DNA of 61,577 nucleotides, the filler included, from Rhabdomonas costata (lineage: Eukaryota), in the NCBI GenBank assembly GCA_019059605.1. It is 13 parts of 13 records of this genome, joined end to end, with 100 filler letters (N's around TTAATTAATTAA, not from the genome) between each part and the next. Parts side by side here need not be neighbours in the genome. Positions count along the whole stretch, not along the records: positions 9,516 to 14,169 come from JAHMHO010000183.1; positions 14,270 to 18,954 come from JAHMHO010000184.1; positions 19,055 to 23,705 come from JAHMHO010000185.1; positions 23,806 to 28,448 come from JAHMHO010000186.1; 9 more parts are not named here. The stretch is one strand, 5' to 3'. A program made the translations under genes and the position numbers. Below the pieces are notes generated by a model, which ran no database searches, was not told the DNA's origin, and was given only the letters and a program-made list of their open reading frames with translations. Of the stretch, positions 12,701-25,437 are shown in pieces. Position 1 is the stretch's first letter; every line of letters starts with the position of its first letter.

Positions 12701-15184
12701 GAGGTTTACAGAGGGCCGATACACCATATTCCCCCTTGAAGGCATGCCATGGCGACACAACATCCACACATTGGGCTTATCGGGTTACTACCCCGTTGCC
12801 TCTATTGGACATCAATCCAACACCACCAGGCAGCAGTTCATGCCTTAACACAACAACATAGGTGGCCTGACGAGGCTATGTCGCCTGTGCCACCATAGTT
12901 GCTGTGCCAAGGCGAAGAAGTCGAACCACAACAGGGCATCACCATTACTTGTATTTCAGAATCGGGATACCACCCTGGCCACCAAGGATGACACTATGTC
13001 GTAGCACGTAGCAGACCACCAATCGAGATTGGCACATGGCCCAACCCTGACACTTGCAATTCACACGCACGCTTGCACGCACACACACACACACGGATAC
13101 ACTACTATTAGGGTAACCAAGCCCTTTCCCCGCCATACACGCATGTCTAATCTGGTGCCATGGCCACTGCGTCCTACCAACCCGCTGTGGTGTCCTACGG
13201 CCCTTAGGGGCCAACACTACCAGGTTCAGTTGGGCTTTACCATTCCACGCGCTGCTGTGGTGTGGTGTGAGATGCAAGGTGGCGGCCGGCTCACGACAGA
13301 CTACCCGTATAATGTTGTAGATTAGGTCAAACGCGTTTGCCCGAAACTACGGGGGAAGGCCTATGACTCGCCACGTCCCACCCTGGTATTCTGTGACATG
13401 GTGTGAGCTCAAACTTTATGTTTCCGCCGTACCCTTCCTTGGCGGTCACTGTCTAAGCCGTGATACCCACCCCGGTGCGTTCACCGATAACCGCGTTAAG
13501 TCCAGGAACAACGCGCTCGTCCGAACCCGGGCTTGCCCAATATATAGATAGCAGATGCCACGTGGTTCGCCGCCAGCCACCACTGCCTTATAAGCGGCCG
13601 GCTTTTTCAAAAGCCCCCAATAACCTCCCCCGAATGAACCCCTGACATATCCCGCGGGACATTTGCAATGACCCAGAACCCAGTTACCTAATCCAGAACC
13701 AGCCAAATCCTGACCCCGAACTCTAAAACCCGAAAGCTGTACCCGAATCCCTGATCCAAAGCGGAACCCTAAGAGCGAAAAAAAAACGTTTGGTTCCCCG
13801 ACGCAACTTTACACCGAAGCAAAAATTGACCCACCAGCCTCCAATTGTGCGAGGAATACCGATAAGCCCTCAACGGAGACCCAAAGGTAGGAAATGCGCG
13901 AAGTGGTGGGCGCGGAGCCCGACCAGAGGAGATTTTGGGGTGATTTTACCCTGCCAACCTAGCCAAAGTCCGCATGGGGCATGCCAGGAAGTGACGACAG
14001 GGGGTGACCTTTCCCCGATTACAAAAGACAAAATGCCAACTGCGTGGAATTCCGACCCCATGTAAGACCTAAGAATGCCTAGATACCCCACTCACTGCGT
14101 TCGTGGGTCCCCCAAGAGAGATAAGAGTGGCTGGTCGTATGACCCGCTATGCTCGCATACACCCCCCACNNNNNNNNNNNNNNNNNNNNNNNNNNNNNNN
14201 NNNNNNNNNNNNNTTAATTAATTAANNNNNNNNNNNNNNNNNNNNNNNNNNNNNNNNNNNNNNNNNNNNGTTGGTCTTCCGTGACTTTTACCACTCATAC
14301 TTTGAGATTCCACTAGTACTCCATACAGCTGTAAAAGGTGGACATGGGCGTGACAATTAATGCTTCTCCGTAGTCAGCTAAAGGGCCAAATGTGGCATTT
14401 TAGGGCCTTTGTCCATGATTTACAGCGGTTTGCCGTGTTTTTTGTGATTTTTGGACCAAATTTTACTGAGTTTCACCTGCTACAACTTTTTCATTGAATG
14501 CGTCATTATTGCCATCAATTACATTCCGTCTGCGGGCGGTTAGCACGGAGCGAAGCGACGCCGTAGGCAACTCGATGGCGCTTTTTGCTGCCGACCTATT
14601 GAGTTTTGTGTTGCTCGCCATATAACAAAGCTCGATTTTAAAATGCACTATCACACAGTAAAGAATAGTCAATAATTCAAAGTGCCATTTTGAGTCCTTT
14701 TCAGGGTCAACACCTGCGCTCACGCTTTCATACAGAGGTCCTTAGTGTGTCTAGCCGATATGAACTTCTGGATGGAGCTTAAGCCAAAGCACAGGAAAAC
14801 AAAGGATGCACTCTGGTCCTTGCACCACAGGCAAGTCACTTCCATTTTTGGCAGCTCATAAATATATACATGTTACAGTACATACTTATGTCTACAGTAC
14901 AGTACAGTATATACTGTAAAATCTTGTGCCGCCGTTGCCCGCTGCAGCTGGAGGGTTTGAAGGTGGCACCCACACCTCAGGGGAAAGCAAAAACAACGAA
15001 AAATAGGAATGAAAATAGTAAAAAAAATAAGTGGTGATGGAGCAAGTCGAACAAAATTGGGAGGGTCATTAAATACTGTACAAAACCCACGACAGTTTGC
15101 CAGGGTACAAGTGGAGGAGCTGTGCGCCTGAAAATCCCGTCAAGGTTGTCAAAGTAAACATTGTCACAGCCGAACATGCCAAAT

Positions 15185-15550
15185 TCAAGGGATCTTTTCT
15201 GGACTACTCGCCACTTCGAGTATGTCCGCCCAACCTCGCAAAAAGTGGTGTAGATGTGTCAGCTCGTCTAGGACGCTGCCATTCAGGATGATGCAGACCT
15301 CAGGCAGACATGCGCCACATAGTTGCGCTGTCAGCTCCTTGATCGCGCCAACGTAAGAAGTGAGTGGAATCTGCTCTCGCAACCGCTGCTTCCCGGGTGC
15401 GTGCACAGAAAATGCTGCCACAGGCGCAGAGCCGTGCAGCAGAACGATGTCACGGAGCCATGTGGCAATGCCGAGCTCGGCGTTGGGAACGTGGTCCCAG
15501 AAATAAGGCTCAGTGATTGCAGTCAGATCAATCTGCCAGCCAGTAACCAT
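15185..15550 (-). pseudogene. Ubiquitin-like domain ORF directly downstream of the retrotransposon endonuclease
   Basis: AFSVHAPGKQRLREQIPLTSYVGAIKELTAQLCGACLPEVCIILNGSVLDELTHLHHF follows the beta-grasp pattern of ubiquitin (T-I..VK..I....G.P...Q.LIF.G..L.D...L..Y). Confidence 0.5.
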
Positions 15551-15619
15551 CAGCTTGCCAGGCGGTGTGGTGTTGATGCCATGGGTGGCTGAAGTCGCTG
15601 CCGCATCGATTTGGCTTCC

Positions 15620-18260
15620 CGTTCAATCCTAAGTTAAGCTCCCCTTATCTTCCACTCCTGCAAGCTCATAGTGTGGTTTTCCAGGCAAGGTGACCTGACC
15701 TACGTCTGTGGTGACTTGCCTTACCAAGTGTGTTGCCGCCCTTGCCGCCGACACAGCTACTAAACCATCTTGGAAGCAGAGAAGATTGAGAGTATATCCG
15801 AAATTATCTTTGCTATCTCCCTGGAAACTCTTGCCACCATCTGACGCGCTGCCTGGTGAATCCAGCCATATACATCTTCTGCCAATGGTTTGCATACCAA
15901 GCCTTTTTCAACGCACATTGGTTTGTTCTTGCGCAGGTTGCGTGCCACAACAGCATCAGGCGTGTCGGACCCATCACAGTATCTGGACAAAATCGTTAGG
16001 TCAATTGCCAGGGGCTTAGCGGTAAGACATGAAACCAGGAGATCAGCGGGGTGCAGTCCCGACCGCTATCGTGGCTTCTAAAATCGACAGTACCACCAGC
16101 ATCTTTGTAGAAAACACCAACCACAAGTTTAACAATAGACTGACAGATGGCAGTGGGACATGTCATTCAGCACGCGACAGCATGAGTTCAGTTTGCATCA
16201 GAAAGACCTGCGCATAAATGGCAAGTATAGGGTCCGGTATAATTGGATACCACAACACCCAACGCACTGATTGTCGTATTTCTTTTGGGGTGATGCTAAA
16301 CCATGGGCTGTGTCCCTGCGTCCAGTCCAATGCGTGTGGACTGAGAGTAGATTTAAACCGCTCCTGGTCCATGGTGTTAACATCTGCCGCATGATGATCC
16401 ATCCGAATAGCATGAACAGCATCGGTTAAATCATTCTGGATGGACTTCTTGGGCAATGGTATGCTCCCATTTAAGTTACATCCGCCACCATCTTCGCCTC
16501 GATAATGGACGAGTGCGGGATGCCTAGTTGACTCATTGCATCTCGAGAATTGACCATCATGGCAAAACGAGCCGCATGTGCTGCAAGTGTATAATTAGCC
16601 ATTTCCAACCATACGATTCGCCCTGGTTGCGAGGTGTGCAAGTATTGAAACTTGCTGGAAAGAGCGACGTTCCGAATGTGATTAAGCAGTAATATGTTTG
16701 TGGTTTGTTAAATGCCGTTTTTCAGGAATACCGATCTGTGCGCGGAGGTAGCAGTCGGGAGCCCTTGTGCATTGCCAATGCGAAACCACAAAGTATTACA
16801 GGCGTATTTTGTGCTTACCTTGGGTGTAGCGGAAACAGTAACAGACGCTGCGAGAAGAGTCAAATGTGCCGTCAAAAAGTTGGAAGTATTACAAAACGTG
16901 ATAAACCATGTGAAAGTGCTGGGGCATCGAATTACAAACATGCAAATTGCAAACGGCTAATGCCCAATATACGCAAATGTGGAAATCAGCAATGGCGCAC
17001 TTAGTTTCATGGTCCGCCGTCCTTCTTATAACTTTGTTGCAAAGACAAGTGTACGTTTCAGCGATTTACAAAACTGGTGGCATTATGCCGCTTTGTTTTT
17101 ACAGGTGTAGAATCAACGAAGTGTGTTTTAAGGGTGGACCCAAAAACCACGGCTACCGCCGGTCTGTGTGGAAATGGCTTCGACGTAGCCTTCATTCAGT
17201 TCCCTTTGATGGCGCCTTTAACCGCCGCAGCCGTGGAATATTTTGCATGTTTCCACAACCCATTCAGCATAGCAAGCAGCCTTTGTAACGGACTTTTTAT
17301 AAAGTTTGTGCCGCCCGTGGGCCCCAAGTGCGCTTGTCGAATTGGTTCAAAAAGCGCCCTTAATTTCTGCGAAGTTGAATCATCGCAAATCTGAATATTT
17401 AATGCCATTTTGTCGCGGAACTAAAGTTTATTGCATACCAGTGCCATTATAGTCTAGTATCTAATATCTGGGGAGCACCCAAGTGCATATCCGCATCGCA
17501 TCATGACGCGTGTACCTGTAAGTGTGTGCCAAATCAATGTCGATGTGTCTAAATACTTGACTGTGCATTCTTGAGAGTCACGATTTTGCACCCGCACACA
17601 ATACACTGGGAGACCGGTCGTGCGTTTTTTCTTACCTATATCTATGAAAGTAATGTTGAATGTGGTAATGATCTGTTGGTTGACACGATTCTGAGTCTGA
17701 AACCAGTTACTGCCACGGAAACTCACAGATGCAATTGTCTTATGAAAGCACGTGTGAGTTTAAACCGCTACCATGCGCTGCTTTTTGAAACTATATTTCA
17801 GAATCCCAGTGGGGTGCATTGCCGCAATACCCAGGAAGTACCCTCTATTTGAATATCACTCAAGACTACTACGACAAATTTCGTTGATTTTCATGGATTC
17901 TACCGTCTGCTTTACCGATGCTGTAAGGATTGCGCTTGAAAAGCTGGTTTATGTCAGCTGGTATACGTCATAAATGGAGATGGATGTGGAGTTGTTGTAT
18001 GCGAGTGCTGTGAATTTTTCTTGATGCATTTTTATACAAATGAATATTTCTTTTTGGAAAAATCAAATATTGTGCAATTTCTGAAAACTGCTTATAAGAA
18101 TACGTGATGCTTTCAGTACTTTTCCGGTATCGCATGAAAACAAAGCCAGCTATTCTTTGCGTGCATGCTGTGGGGAATACATCCCACACGTTTTGTGTTT
18201 TTATATGTCTGCCGGTTGATATTTCAACATTTGAACAATAACCAAGAACTAATAACAAAT
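15620..18260 (-). mobile_element. Degenerate CRE/SLACS-like non-LTR retrotransposon (RT remnant, CCHC knuckle, restriction-like endonuclease)
   Basis: Minus-strand motifs in order: KLRALFEPIRQAHLGPTGG (RT region, about 17300); QNDLT...QERFKSTLSPHALDW...IRQSVRWVLWYP (16450-16240); CHLC-x8-HAVAC knuckle (about 16225-16170); LHPADLLVSCLTAKPLAIDLTILS...KPMCVEKGLVCKPLAEDVYGWIH (PD-x-D REL domain, 16055-15860). Many stops and frameshifts. The 5' limit is approximate. Confidence 0.8.
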
Positions 18261-19492
18261 GAATAATAACTGGCTAACAATGCCTCACATGGCTAAGCCG
18301 TTAGGACGACTCGTTCGGATGCAGTGCTGCAGTTATTGCAGCACATGGGCTTCAGGATGTCAGCCATGGAGCCCGTCATAGTTAGACTATCATGTTCCAG
18401 GCCGAGGCACATGCACACACCCATGATGAGGTCTCCACTTCCGCCAAGAGTTTCATATACGCTTTTTTGTACGACCCCTACAGCCCCGTACGTTCAAAGA
18501 TTTTACAAAGCTCTTCAGTTTTCCGCTATATCCACAAGCCTCCCAAAGATAAGTCACCATCCGCACCAGAAAAAGCCTATGCGAACAATCAAGGAGAAAA
18601 TACCACGTGCAAGAGAGAAACGTTTTTAAGCCTAATCGAACGAATCTTCGGCCAACCGACAGAGATGCTTCACTGCCTACAACACTCACAAAAGAAAACC
18701 ACACGATTTTCTATGCCATTTACGCCATCACTTGTCTTGTCTACCGCTCTTTTGCTTTCGTTTTCAGACCTCAGATTATATGCACAAGTAACCACTGGAA
18801 AACGTTCGTAATATTTAACTTGAGATCCACCAGCCTTGTATGGAATACCAGACACCACATATCTTGCACTTTCTAATCTTATTTTGATGTCCGAGATTTC
18901 CTTTCTGCATCCAAAGCTTTACAAACTGTGCAATTTTAAAGTAAATCACACACCNNNNNNNNNNNNNNNNNNNNNNNNNNNNNNNNNNNNNNNNNNNNTT
19001 AATTAATTAANNNNNNNNNNNNNNNNNNNNNNNNNNNNNNNNNNNNNNNNNNNNGTGCTGGAATAGATCGGCTGGATCGCCTCTGCCGGTGAGAGGCACA
19101 GCCTATAGGCACCTGCTGGGGCAGTTCAATGCAAAAATGGTCCAAGGTGTCGGGCCCCTCTTTTTATTCCACAAACACAAATCCCCTCTTATTTTGCTAC
19201 AAACACAAGGGACACTCGGGAGGGGCCGAAAGCAACGCACCCACTATCCTTTTTAGCTTCGAAGTGGGAAGATGCCCGGGTCAGTGTGCGCACTTTTCGG
19301 CCTGGACTTTCTGGGGTGGTGTGGAGATTATCTTTTGAACTTTTATGTTAGGTTTACCCCTTTCCGTCTTTTGAGTAATCCCACCCCAAAAAAATTGTGC
19401 TGCTCCTCGCGGGCTTGCTGCAACACATTGCGACAAGGTCGATTCCGAGCTTTCCCCGATCCTCTACTTCACTCTTTGTTTTTCTCCTGTAG

Positions 19493-21453
19493 GTTTACTC
19501 GACTGTTGATCCCACGGGCGCCACCTGGGTCTTTCATGGCCCAGGGAACTACCCGAACCGAAGTGCTGCCGGGGTAGCACCCTTCCTGGGCAAGCTCTGG
19601 GTGATTGGCGGGTACACCATGATCCCGATGAGCTCAGACGCCAGTGTTTCGACCCTCAGTGATGTTTACTGCAGCTTTGACCCCTCGCAGACCGGTGGGG
19701 GATGGTCCCTGGCCACGAGTGCCTTTGCCGGGAGTGGCTTCTACAGCTTCAAGGTGACGGTGCACCGGGACCAGCTCTGGGTCATCTCTCGATCTCAGGT
19801 ACCGCGCTGAACTGCCGTAAGATGGGTTTTCCATGGAGAAACACTTCCGGAAAAGCAAAACCTCTGAAACCCACCGCAGGTTTCGTGGAGCCGTCCGCCT
19901 TGCTTCAGTTCTCTGCAGCAGATTCGCACGATAATTGTGAGCCTGCCTCTTGTAACTGCCTACTTTGCTTTTTACGTGAGCATCGGACCTCCTCCGGAAG
20001 TCCCTCTATTTTCCTCGGCCGTTCCCAGCGTTTCGCCCCGCCACGCTACGCGATGGATGAACGCACCGGTCCCCTGCATCCTCTTCTCACCACACGTATT
20101 TCGGGCTTTTGCACAGGTGTATACCAGCAGCGATGGGTACCAGTGGAGCTGGGTCAATGCCATGGGACTCAACCCCAACTGGGAGGTCGGTGCGGCGGCC
20201 TCCCTTGGGGGGCTACTTTGGTACCTCAGAGGTGGGTATGACTCAGACCCCGCCTCGTGCCGGGTCTCCGCGGATGGGGTGCAGTGGGATGCCTGCCCGG
20301 AGATGATGCCCAGTGCCCTGTCCTCGTTTGCGGTGGCCCGACTGGGGGCCAACCTCGTGGCCACCGCTGGATACTCTTTCAACAGCGGGGGTGCCTCGAC
20401 TGCGGAGTACCGCCTCGTGGGTATGCCTGCCCTCGCTCTCTTCCTGTGACGTTTACCTGTGTATGCGGGTGCGTTTATGCCGGTTTTTCAGCGCGTGCAC
20501 CTGTGCAGGATATGCGAGGCTGCTGAGGGGTGTCCCCAAAAGTCAAAAAGTCAAGCGGTATTGTGGTCCCTTTGCAGGCCGTAAATGCCCCAAAGAAAGG
20601 CTGGGGCTGAGGCAGCATCCGGAAAACAGACTACAGGAAGAAGCCGAGAAAGAAAGAAGAACAAGCAGGAGCGCTGGAGCCATAACGCAAAGACCCAGAA
20701 CTTTCAATGGAATAAGTCTTCATATGGACATCCTTCTCAAACAAGCGGCAATTTTCAGCTGAACGAAGGACTTGCAGACGCGGTCCACGCTTGTGCTCTC
20801 TTCTCGATCCGCTTTCACATTGACATCAGAACTGTTCAAAACTTTCGTTACTTAAGGAATCGTTTTCCACTATGTGGGTTGGCTCTTAGGTGGTTCATTT
20901 GCGCATATCTGCTCATTTTTGTGGGGAAGCCCGCATCCTTCTTTACTGCAGTGGCTGTCGCATCCGATCTAGAACTTGAAGTGTTTACGGATTTTTTTGG
21001 TGAGCTTAGCCGTCACCTGAAGTGAGTGAATTTTCGTCGGCTTGCCCTCCCCGGCATCCTCTCTGTGTGCGGGTCCTGGGCGGTTTTGCACCCGCGAAGG
21101 AGCCTTTTCTTCGGGGACAGCTGCATCGCTCCCTAACCCCATACGAGTCTAATTATCATGTCCCAGGGGACGCGTACATCGCTCCCTAACCCCCTGCGAG
21201 AGGAAATAAAAGAATACCATCACTGAAAATATCCTTTAACCCTTTAGCCACTCCCGAAGCTTCAAATCATCACTACAGAGCTCCAAGACATCATGAATAG
21301 TGATCCACCCGTCTTTCTGGATTGCTTTCTCCTTCGCAGCCAACCCAATATTCCCATGCCTGAACGTCAGCTGCCCCGGGGACGCGTACAAGACTGTCCA
21401 CGTGGGGATGTGCTCGTTCCAGGGCTGCACCCGGAGCGACTGCTGTCTGGATG
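19493..21453 (+). CDS. Extracellular kelch beta-propeller plus Cys-rich module protein (internal exons)
   Basis: Exons 19493-19798 (...GKLWVIGG...SDVYCS...QLWVISRSQ) and 20117-20420 (VYTSSDGYQW...LWYLRGG...SADGVQW...) join in phase. A phase-1 exon at 21340-21453 follows (NPIFPCLNVSCPGDAYKTVHVGMCSFQGCTRSDCCLD). All introns are GT-AG. Confidence 0.75.
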
Positions 21454-22543
21454 GTATAGCTGTATAAGTAGTGTGGCTTGCTTGACCGGTTTTTTGCAGT
21501 CGAAGAAACGTGAAAAAGAGGAGCAGAATTTAATCCAGTCTTTGACTTGAGCTCTGAGGAGATCCAAACGAAGCCAACTGGTTTACACGCTCCTCATTAT
21601 TAAGTGGTTTTTGTGGCTTCTACACGTCACGTTGCCGCGATGCACCCCTTTTTCATTAGGAATTATGCGCGTGCTACGGCCACTACCGCCACCCTCTCCC
21701 CTCCTCCCGGCACCCCACCCTCTGGGTTTGCTATTTTGTGTCTGATACTTACATTTCGTTGTGAACATGTGCATGCTTCACATGCAATTCCCTTGCAGAA
21801 CCAGTGATGAGTGATTTTGGGACCAAGTGTTGTCGAACGTAGTTAGTGCAATGCAACTTGTGGGTGTTGGGGCCGTCTGCCGTACTTGCTGTCAGGGAAT
21901 TTAAGTCCTGCAGGTTTCAGTTCTTTTCAGTTTTTTCGAGGTGCGTGTACATGCGAATATCTCCCTTACTCCCTTGCTCCAAACGGGTTGGTATGTATAT
22001 GTGTATGTAGATAGATATAGCTTCCTTTAGCCTTTGTTCGTCCACCATACCATACGAGGGCAGAAACAACCCTGAAAGACGGTTTTTTAAGCGGTAGCAC
22101 CGCGTGATGGAAACCGATATGCGAAAAATTAAACACTTGAAATAATGGCGCGAAAACACGGGAAGATTTTTTTTGCCGTTTTCCATTCCGGGGTCAGAAG
22201 TGTACTTCACTTTGTTGGGCAGCATTGCCCTCTCCCTGCGGGGACTGCGGCCACGGCACGTGCGGAGAGCGAGCCGAGGCTCAAAAAGAAGGCCAAGTGG
22301 AAAAGACAGAAAACTGATCTTCATGGCTGCACTCCCGCCGAGAAAGATCCGAGAACCGGTGAAACAACCCAGAAGTACTCGCAAAGAACCAAACTATGGC
22401 TCAAAACCATCATTCTAGCTCGAGCCCTCAGGGTTAACGTTCGGCATTGGTTCGGTCCAGTTGGCGTGCGATAGGATGAACATGGCATGAGGAATCCAAT
22501 CAGTCTTGTTGATAATTCCATTCCACTGCTCTCAGTAGCATAC

Positions 22544-23143
22544 CGCGGCAGCTCCCGTTAACATTCCACGTCCGGGATGCTGTGCAGGTCAAGGTGCCTC
22601 CGCCTCGGTACCCTTCCCGGCAGCCGAAGGTGCACTGCTGCCCAAGGGTGGTGCCCCGCTCACAGGACAGCGCCGAAGAGTCCGCAGGGTTACCCGGGTA
22701 TCCACAATCCACTATGCAAAAAATGTACGACGACCGATATGGAGAGACCCGACAAAAGGATGGTTGATGGTGGGTTCAACCTAAGGCCGTTCGGTGAGCC
22801 ACTGCAGCTGTAAGAGCACTAAAAGCGAGGATGAACTCCACCACATCAGCTGCTCAGATGAATACGACACAACGGCTTTTTGTGGGACATTGTTTGGCAT
22901 AAGCGGAATCGACACTTTCAATGCCTTCTGGCAGGTGCGTTTTGCATCGTTGCAGCTTGCTAACTTCGGTATGCCAAATTAGGGCAATCATTGATATGCA
23001 TCTGCAGGCGAGAGCCCACCACACACCCACACAGCAGTCCATCGCGGCGCAAGGCGCGCCGCCGCACCGGTCGGCGGTGGCGTTCCGCGCATACCCTGAG
23101 CCGCACTGGTGACCCAGTCCAAACCACGCACTGCACCTGCTTC
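22544..23143 (-). CDS. Cys-rich module exon plus sushi/CCP domain exon (internal exons of an extracellular protein)
   Basis: Exon 23143-23027 encodes SRCSAWFGLGHQCGSGYARNATADRCGGAPCAAMDCCV. Exon 22711-22544 encodes DCGYPGNPADSSALSCERGTTLGQQCTFGCREGYRGGGTLTCTASRTWNVNGSCR, a selectin-type sushi pattern (C..C-x-F-x-C..GY..G...C...W...C). Both exons are phase 1-1. Confidence 0.75.
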
Positions 23144-23805
23144 CTAAGGCAGCAAAGAGAGAGAGAGAGAGAGAAGCGTCGGCACTAAGGATCCCCAAAG
23201 TACGGGTGTTGCACCTCTGTAACTCAACCCTAATTGCGGGGAAACGGGGGGAGGGGAGGGGGGGAGGCCAAGGTTCCCGATTCCGGTTTAAGAAAAATGC
23301 GTCCCGGAAGATCCCGGGAAGTGGTCCCCTTCCGCTTCAGAATACAGAAGCGCAGAGCTGGAATCCATTGCCATTAAAAAATGGCGCACCAATCATCGGG
23401 GTGGCGTACCCACCCCCCTCGTGGGTTGTCTTCTTTTTGTTGCCTCCAGTCTCCAGTGCCGAGCTTGAGGAGAGAGTAACCCATTCGAGCACACACACAC
23501 TTTACGCGCGGACGGACTGAGGGGCGCAGGAAGCACTGTAAAGACCGGTAAAGCGGACGTGTCCTGCCAGCCTTCTTTTGGGATGGGAAGGGAAGTATGA
23601 GTCGGACGCTGTTCTACATGTGAAGGTAGGCTGCCTCCACACCCCGCCACGCGCACCGTTTATGAAAACTAAAGCTGTCGATAAAACACGAAACCAAAAA
23701 CAAAANNNNNNNNNNNNNNNNNNNNNNNNNNNNNNNNNNNNNNNNNNNNTTAATTAATTAANNNNNNNNNNNNNNNNNNNNNNNNNNNNNNNNNNNNNNN
23801 NNNNN

Positions 23806-25216
23806 GGGGGGTGGGTGGCAAGATGACGTGCAGAGTGTATGAGTCGTTGCGAAGAGCTACGCGGGTCATCGGCGTGATTTTGCTGATGTCGATGTCCTTG
23901 TCCACGTCAACGACATACTTGCCCTCAGGGTTCACCTTCACCAAAACCTGAGGGCACAAGGAGACATGTTGGCATAGTTTGCTTTTGAAAATTGCACTGC
24001 ACATGTCATCAGTGACCAGTGGCAAACAGCAAAAAAGAAAATCATTAGCAAACAAAACGGAAAAAGTTTGCGAAGAACAGAAAGGGTGCGGCGCGTGGTG
24101 GGAGGTTGAAAGTCTGTTGTTGTGGGAATTAGAAGGGGAAGAAGCAATGGAGCAGGCAACTACTCTGGCGTGTAATACCCTCCTGGTGAAAGTGAAGTCA
24201 AAATTAGGACAGCGCTTGTTATCACCTTTAAAGGACGAATACAACCGTGATAGGTAATAGTATTCGTGTTATTACTCAGCGCTGTTTCGTGGGGAAATCG
24301 AGTCCTGGCCACACCCCAACCTGCCGACGGCTTCCCGGCCTGCTGAAGGGGCTAGCGGCAAAATTACGGTCACAGCCCCTGGGGTTTGACGCTATACTGC
24401 CACTATCTGGCGATCTACCGCTACTTTAAGGTCAAGCGCTCCCGAGCAATCCTCTTTTCCCAGCAGTTGTGCTTGCGGGTGCTGCTTCCGCGCTCACCGA
24501 GGGCTCCACGAAGGGAGTCCTGGAGCCGCCGTGCGGTCGCTGCTAAGCTCCATGACTCCATTACGCACGCAGCAAGGCGAAAAACTCATAGAAGATCGCT
24601 CACCTTGTTCTTACCCATCACCTTGACGACTTCGCCCACGTAAGAGCCGGGTTCCAAAAGCAGCTGTATTTCTTCACGGAGATGTCTAACTGCCCGATTT
24701 CTGGCATTGCGCTGTGCCTCCTGAAGGAGCACGAAAGAATCAAAGTGCAACAATTGCCGAATACGATAAATTGCTGGGATAGTGTTTTGGACGACTGCTT
24801 CAAATAGCAAACCACAGAAACGCCCGTTCTCGGTTTGCAAAAGTAGCACTCAGATCACCTCGATTCACCACCAACATCACTCAATTTCGCGCCGACTTCC
24901 AATATCAAAATCTCGAAATTTAGAAAATAGACCTTACATTACTTTGCTGACCGCAACGTGCTACTGGACGGTGTTGGTGGTATGTATTTTTTTTGCTTTT
25001 GGTCAGTCAAAATCGAGAAATTCAACCTTACTTAGAACAAATTCGACTATCTAGATGTCATACAAAAGAAAAATGGGGCTAAAATGCGGTGCTAGCACAT
25101 ACCAAGCGAAGGTAGTTTTCAAGTCTTTTCTTTTCCCTGCTGCGAAGTTCATCTATCTTGCTTTGGTAATATTCTTGAACTGAAAGCCCAACTTTTCCTG
25201 ACTCCTGAGCAGGCAT
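23806..25216 (-). CDS. RPT6: 26S proteasome regulatory ATPase Rpt6 (PSMC5), 5' exons
   Basis: Exons 25216-25103 (MPAQ...YYQSKIDEL...ENYLRL), 24720-24604 ([39 protein letters not shown]) and 23947-23806 ([44 protein letters not shown]) splice in frame and match the Rpt6 N-terminus. Confidence 0.95.
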
Positions 25217-25399
25217 TCCAGCGAACGTGGCAATCACAGGACAGGATGTCAATGAACGCGTCTTCTTTACACACACCTATTGGTCCTTGATTTTTTGTTT
25301 TATCCCCCTTTCAGTTCAAATATTTTATGAACATTTGTTCACAATTTTTTTGAATTAAAATCCATGCTCTCTTTGAATCTCAAGAGAGAACTCGGTTTG

Positions 25400-25437
25400 G
25401 TGGCGGAGGGCGTGTCTTTAGTGGCGGAGGGCGTGTC
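25400..25437. repeat. Tandem duplication of GTGGCGGAGGGCGTGTC (21-nt period) in the divergent RPT6/5'-nucleotidase intergenic region
   Basis: Identical 17-mers at 25400-25416 and 25421-25437. Confidence 0.7.
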
